IMG/VR virus record: IMGVR_UViG_3300035698_018106
Coordinates: 1-38,716 of that record
Length of the DNA: 38,716 bases
Strand: one strand, 5' to 3'
From: a virus
Below, in pieces: positions 38,414-38,716 of the stretch; the first letter of the stretch is position 1, and each line of letters begins with the position of its first letter. The notes beneath the pieces are model-generated. The model was not told the DNA's origin and ran no database searches. It was given only the letters and a program-made list of their open reading frames with translations. Made by a program: the position numbers and the translations under genes.

Positions 38414-38657
38414 AATTGAATTCTTATTTACAAAAAATCTAGGCATTACTCCTTTAGAACTCGATAAAATGGAATTTTATCGAGTGGAGTATATGATTCA
38501 AAATTATGAGGAATTTATAGAAGAAGAAAAGAAGCAACATGAAAATGCTAATAAAGAACAACAACATAGCATTTCAAAATCTTCTGGATCAATGAAATCT
38601 CCACAAATGAATATGCCAAAAATGAATATGCCAAAAATGCCTACACCTAAATTCTAG
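38397..38657 (+). CDS. baseplate hub assembly chaperone (T4 gp51-like), possibly made by frameshift from the upstream gene
   Basis: LDNWSKIEFLFTKNLGITPLELDKMEFYRVEYMI resembles the gp51 pattern L.NYY...F.L......S..E.E.M.P.E...Y. TTG start overlaps the gp26-like gene. Confidence 0.55.
   Translation: MDNWSKIEFLFTKNLGITPLELDKMEFYRVEYMIQNYEEFIEEEKKQHENANKEQQHSISKSSGSMKSPQMNMPKMNMPKMPTPKF
38607..38641 (+). repeat. 15-bp tandem repeat encoding MNMPK
   Basis: atgaatatgccaaaa twice, plus atgcc. Confidence 0.85.
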
Positions 38658-38680
38658 AGAATCCTCTAGAATTTTTTTTT
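38649..38680 (+). terminator. rho-independent terminator
   Basis: aaattctagag-aatc-ctctagaattt followed by a T-run, overlapping the stop codon. Confidence 0.8.
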
Positions 38681-38716
38681 CATTTTTTAAAAATAAGAGA
38701 TATATAAAATAAAGAA

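Noticed and set aside
1-38716. Stop-codon reassignment (TAG to Gln, as in some Bacteroidota jumbo phages)
   Set aside because: Coding density is near complete under code 11. TAG ends genes at sensible places (6563, 38657, GT), and read-through of the TAG at 14811 does not join the downstream frame.
1-38716. Bacterial contractile injection system or prophage rather than a lytic phage
   Set aside because: T4-like terminase subunits and late-promoter-like motifs are present, with no host genes, integrase or tRNA visible.

Overview
This is an AT-rich, almost entirely plus-strand segment of a large T4-like (myovirus, probably jumbo) phage genome in standard code 11. The host is probably Bacteroidota, judging from A-rich leaders without Shine-Dalgarno sites and a secreted protein full of D-(S/T)-(I/V/T) sequons. 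Bases 1-29760 are a long array of tail-fibre, virion-decoration and lectin-like (LamG/CBM-like) genes ending in a peptidase-S74 chaperone fibre. Bases 29837-38657 are the morphogenesis core: gp14-like neck, terminase small and large subunits, tail sheath, tail tube, and gp26-like and gp51-like baseplate-hub proteins. The most striking signal is a D-x-S tripeptide (DAS, DSS, DGS, DVS, DTS, DPS) strongly enriched across many non-homologous virion proteins and in one segment of the sheath. It is near background in terminase, tube and the putative receptor-binding proteins. The only credible minus-strand gene, embedded in this array, is an exostosin/GT47-like glycosyltransferase. Together these suggest a phage-encoded, sequon-directed virion glycosylation system (inference). 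Also noted: a split LamG-like gene, a candidate gp26/gp51 frameshift, an uncalled Cys/His-containing small ORF, a perfect 36-bp palindrome, and recurrent terminator plus ATAWATA late-promoter cassettes.
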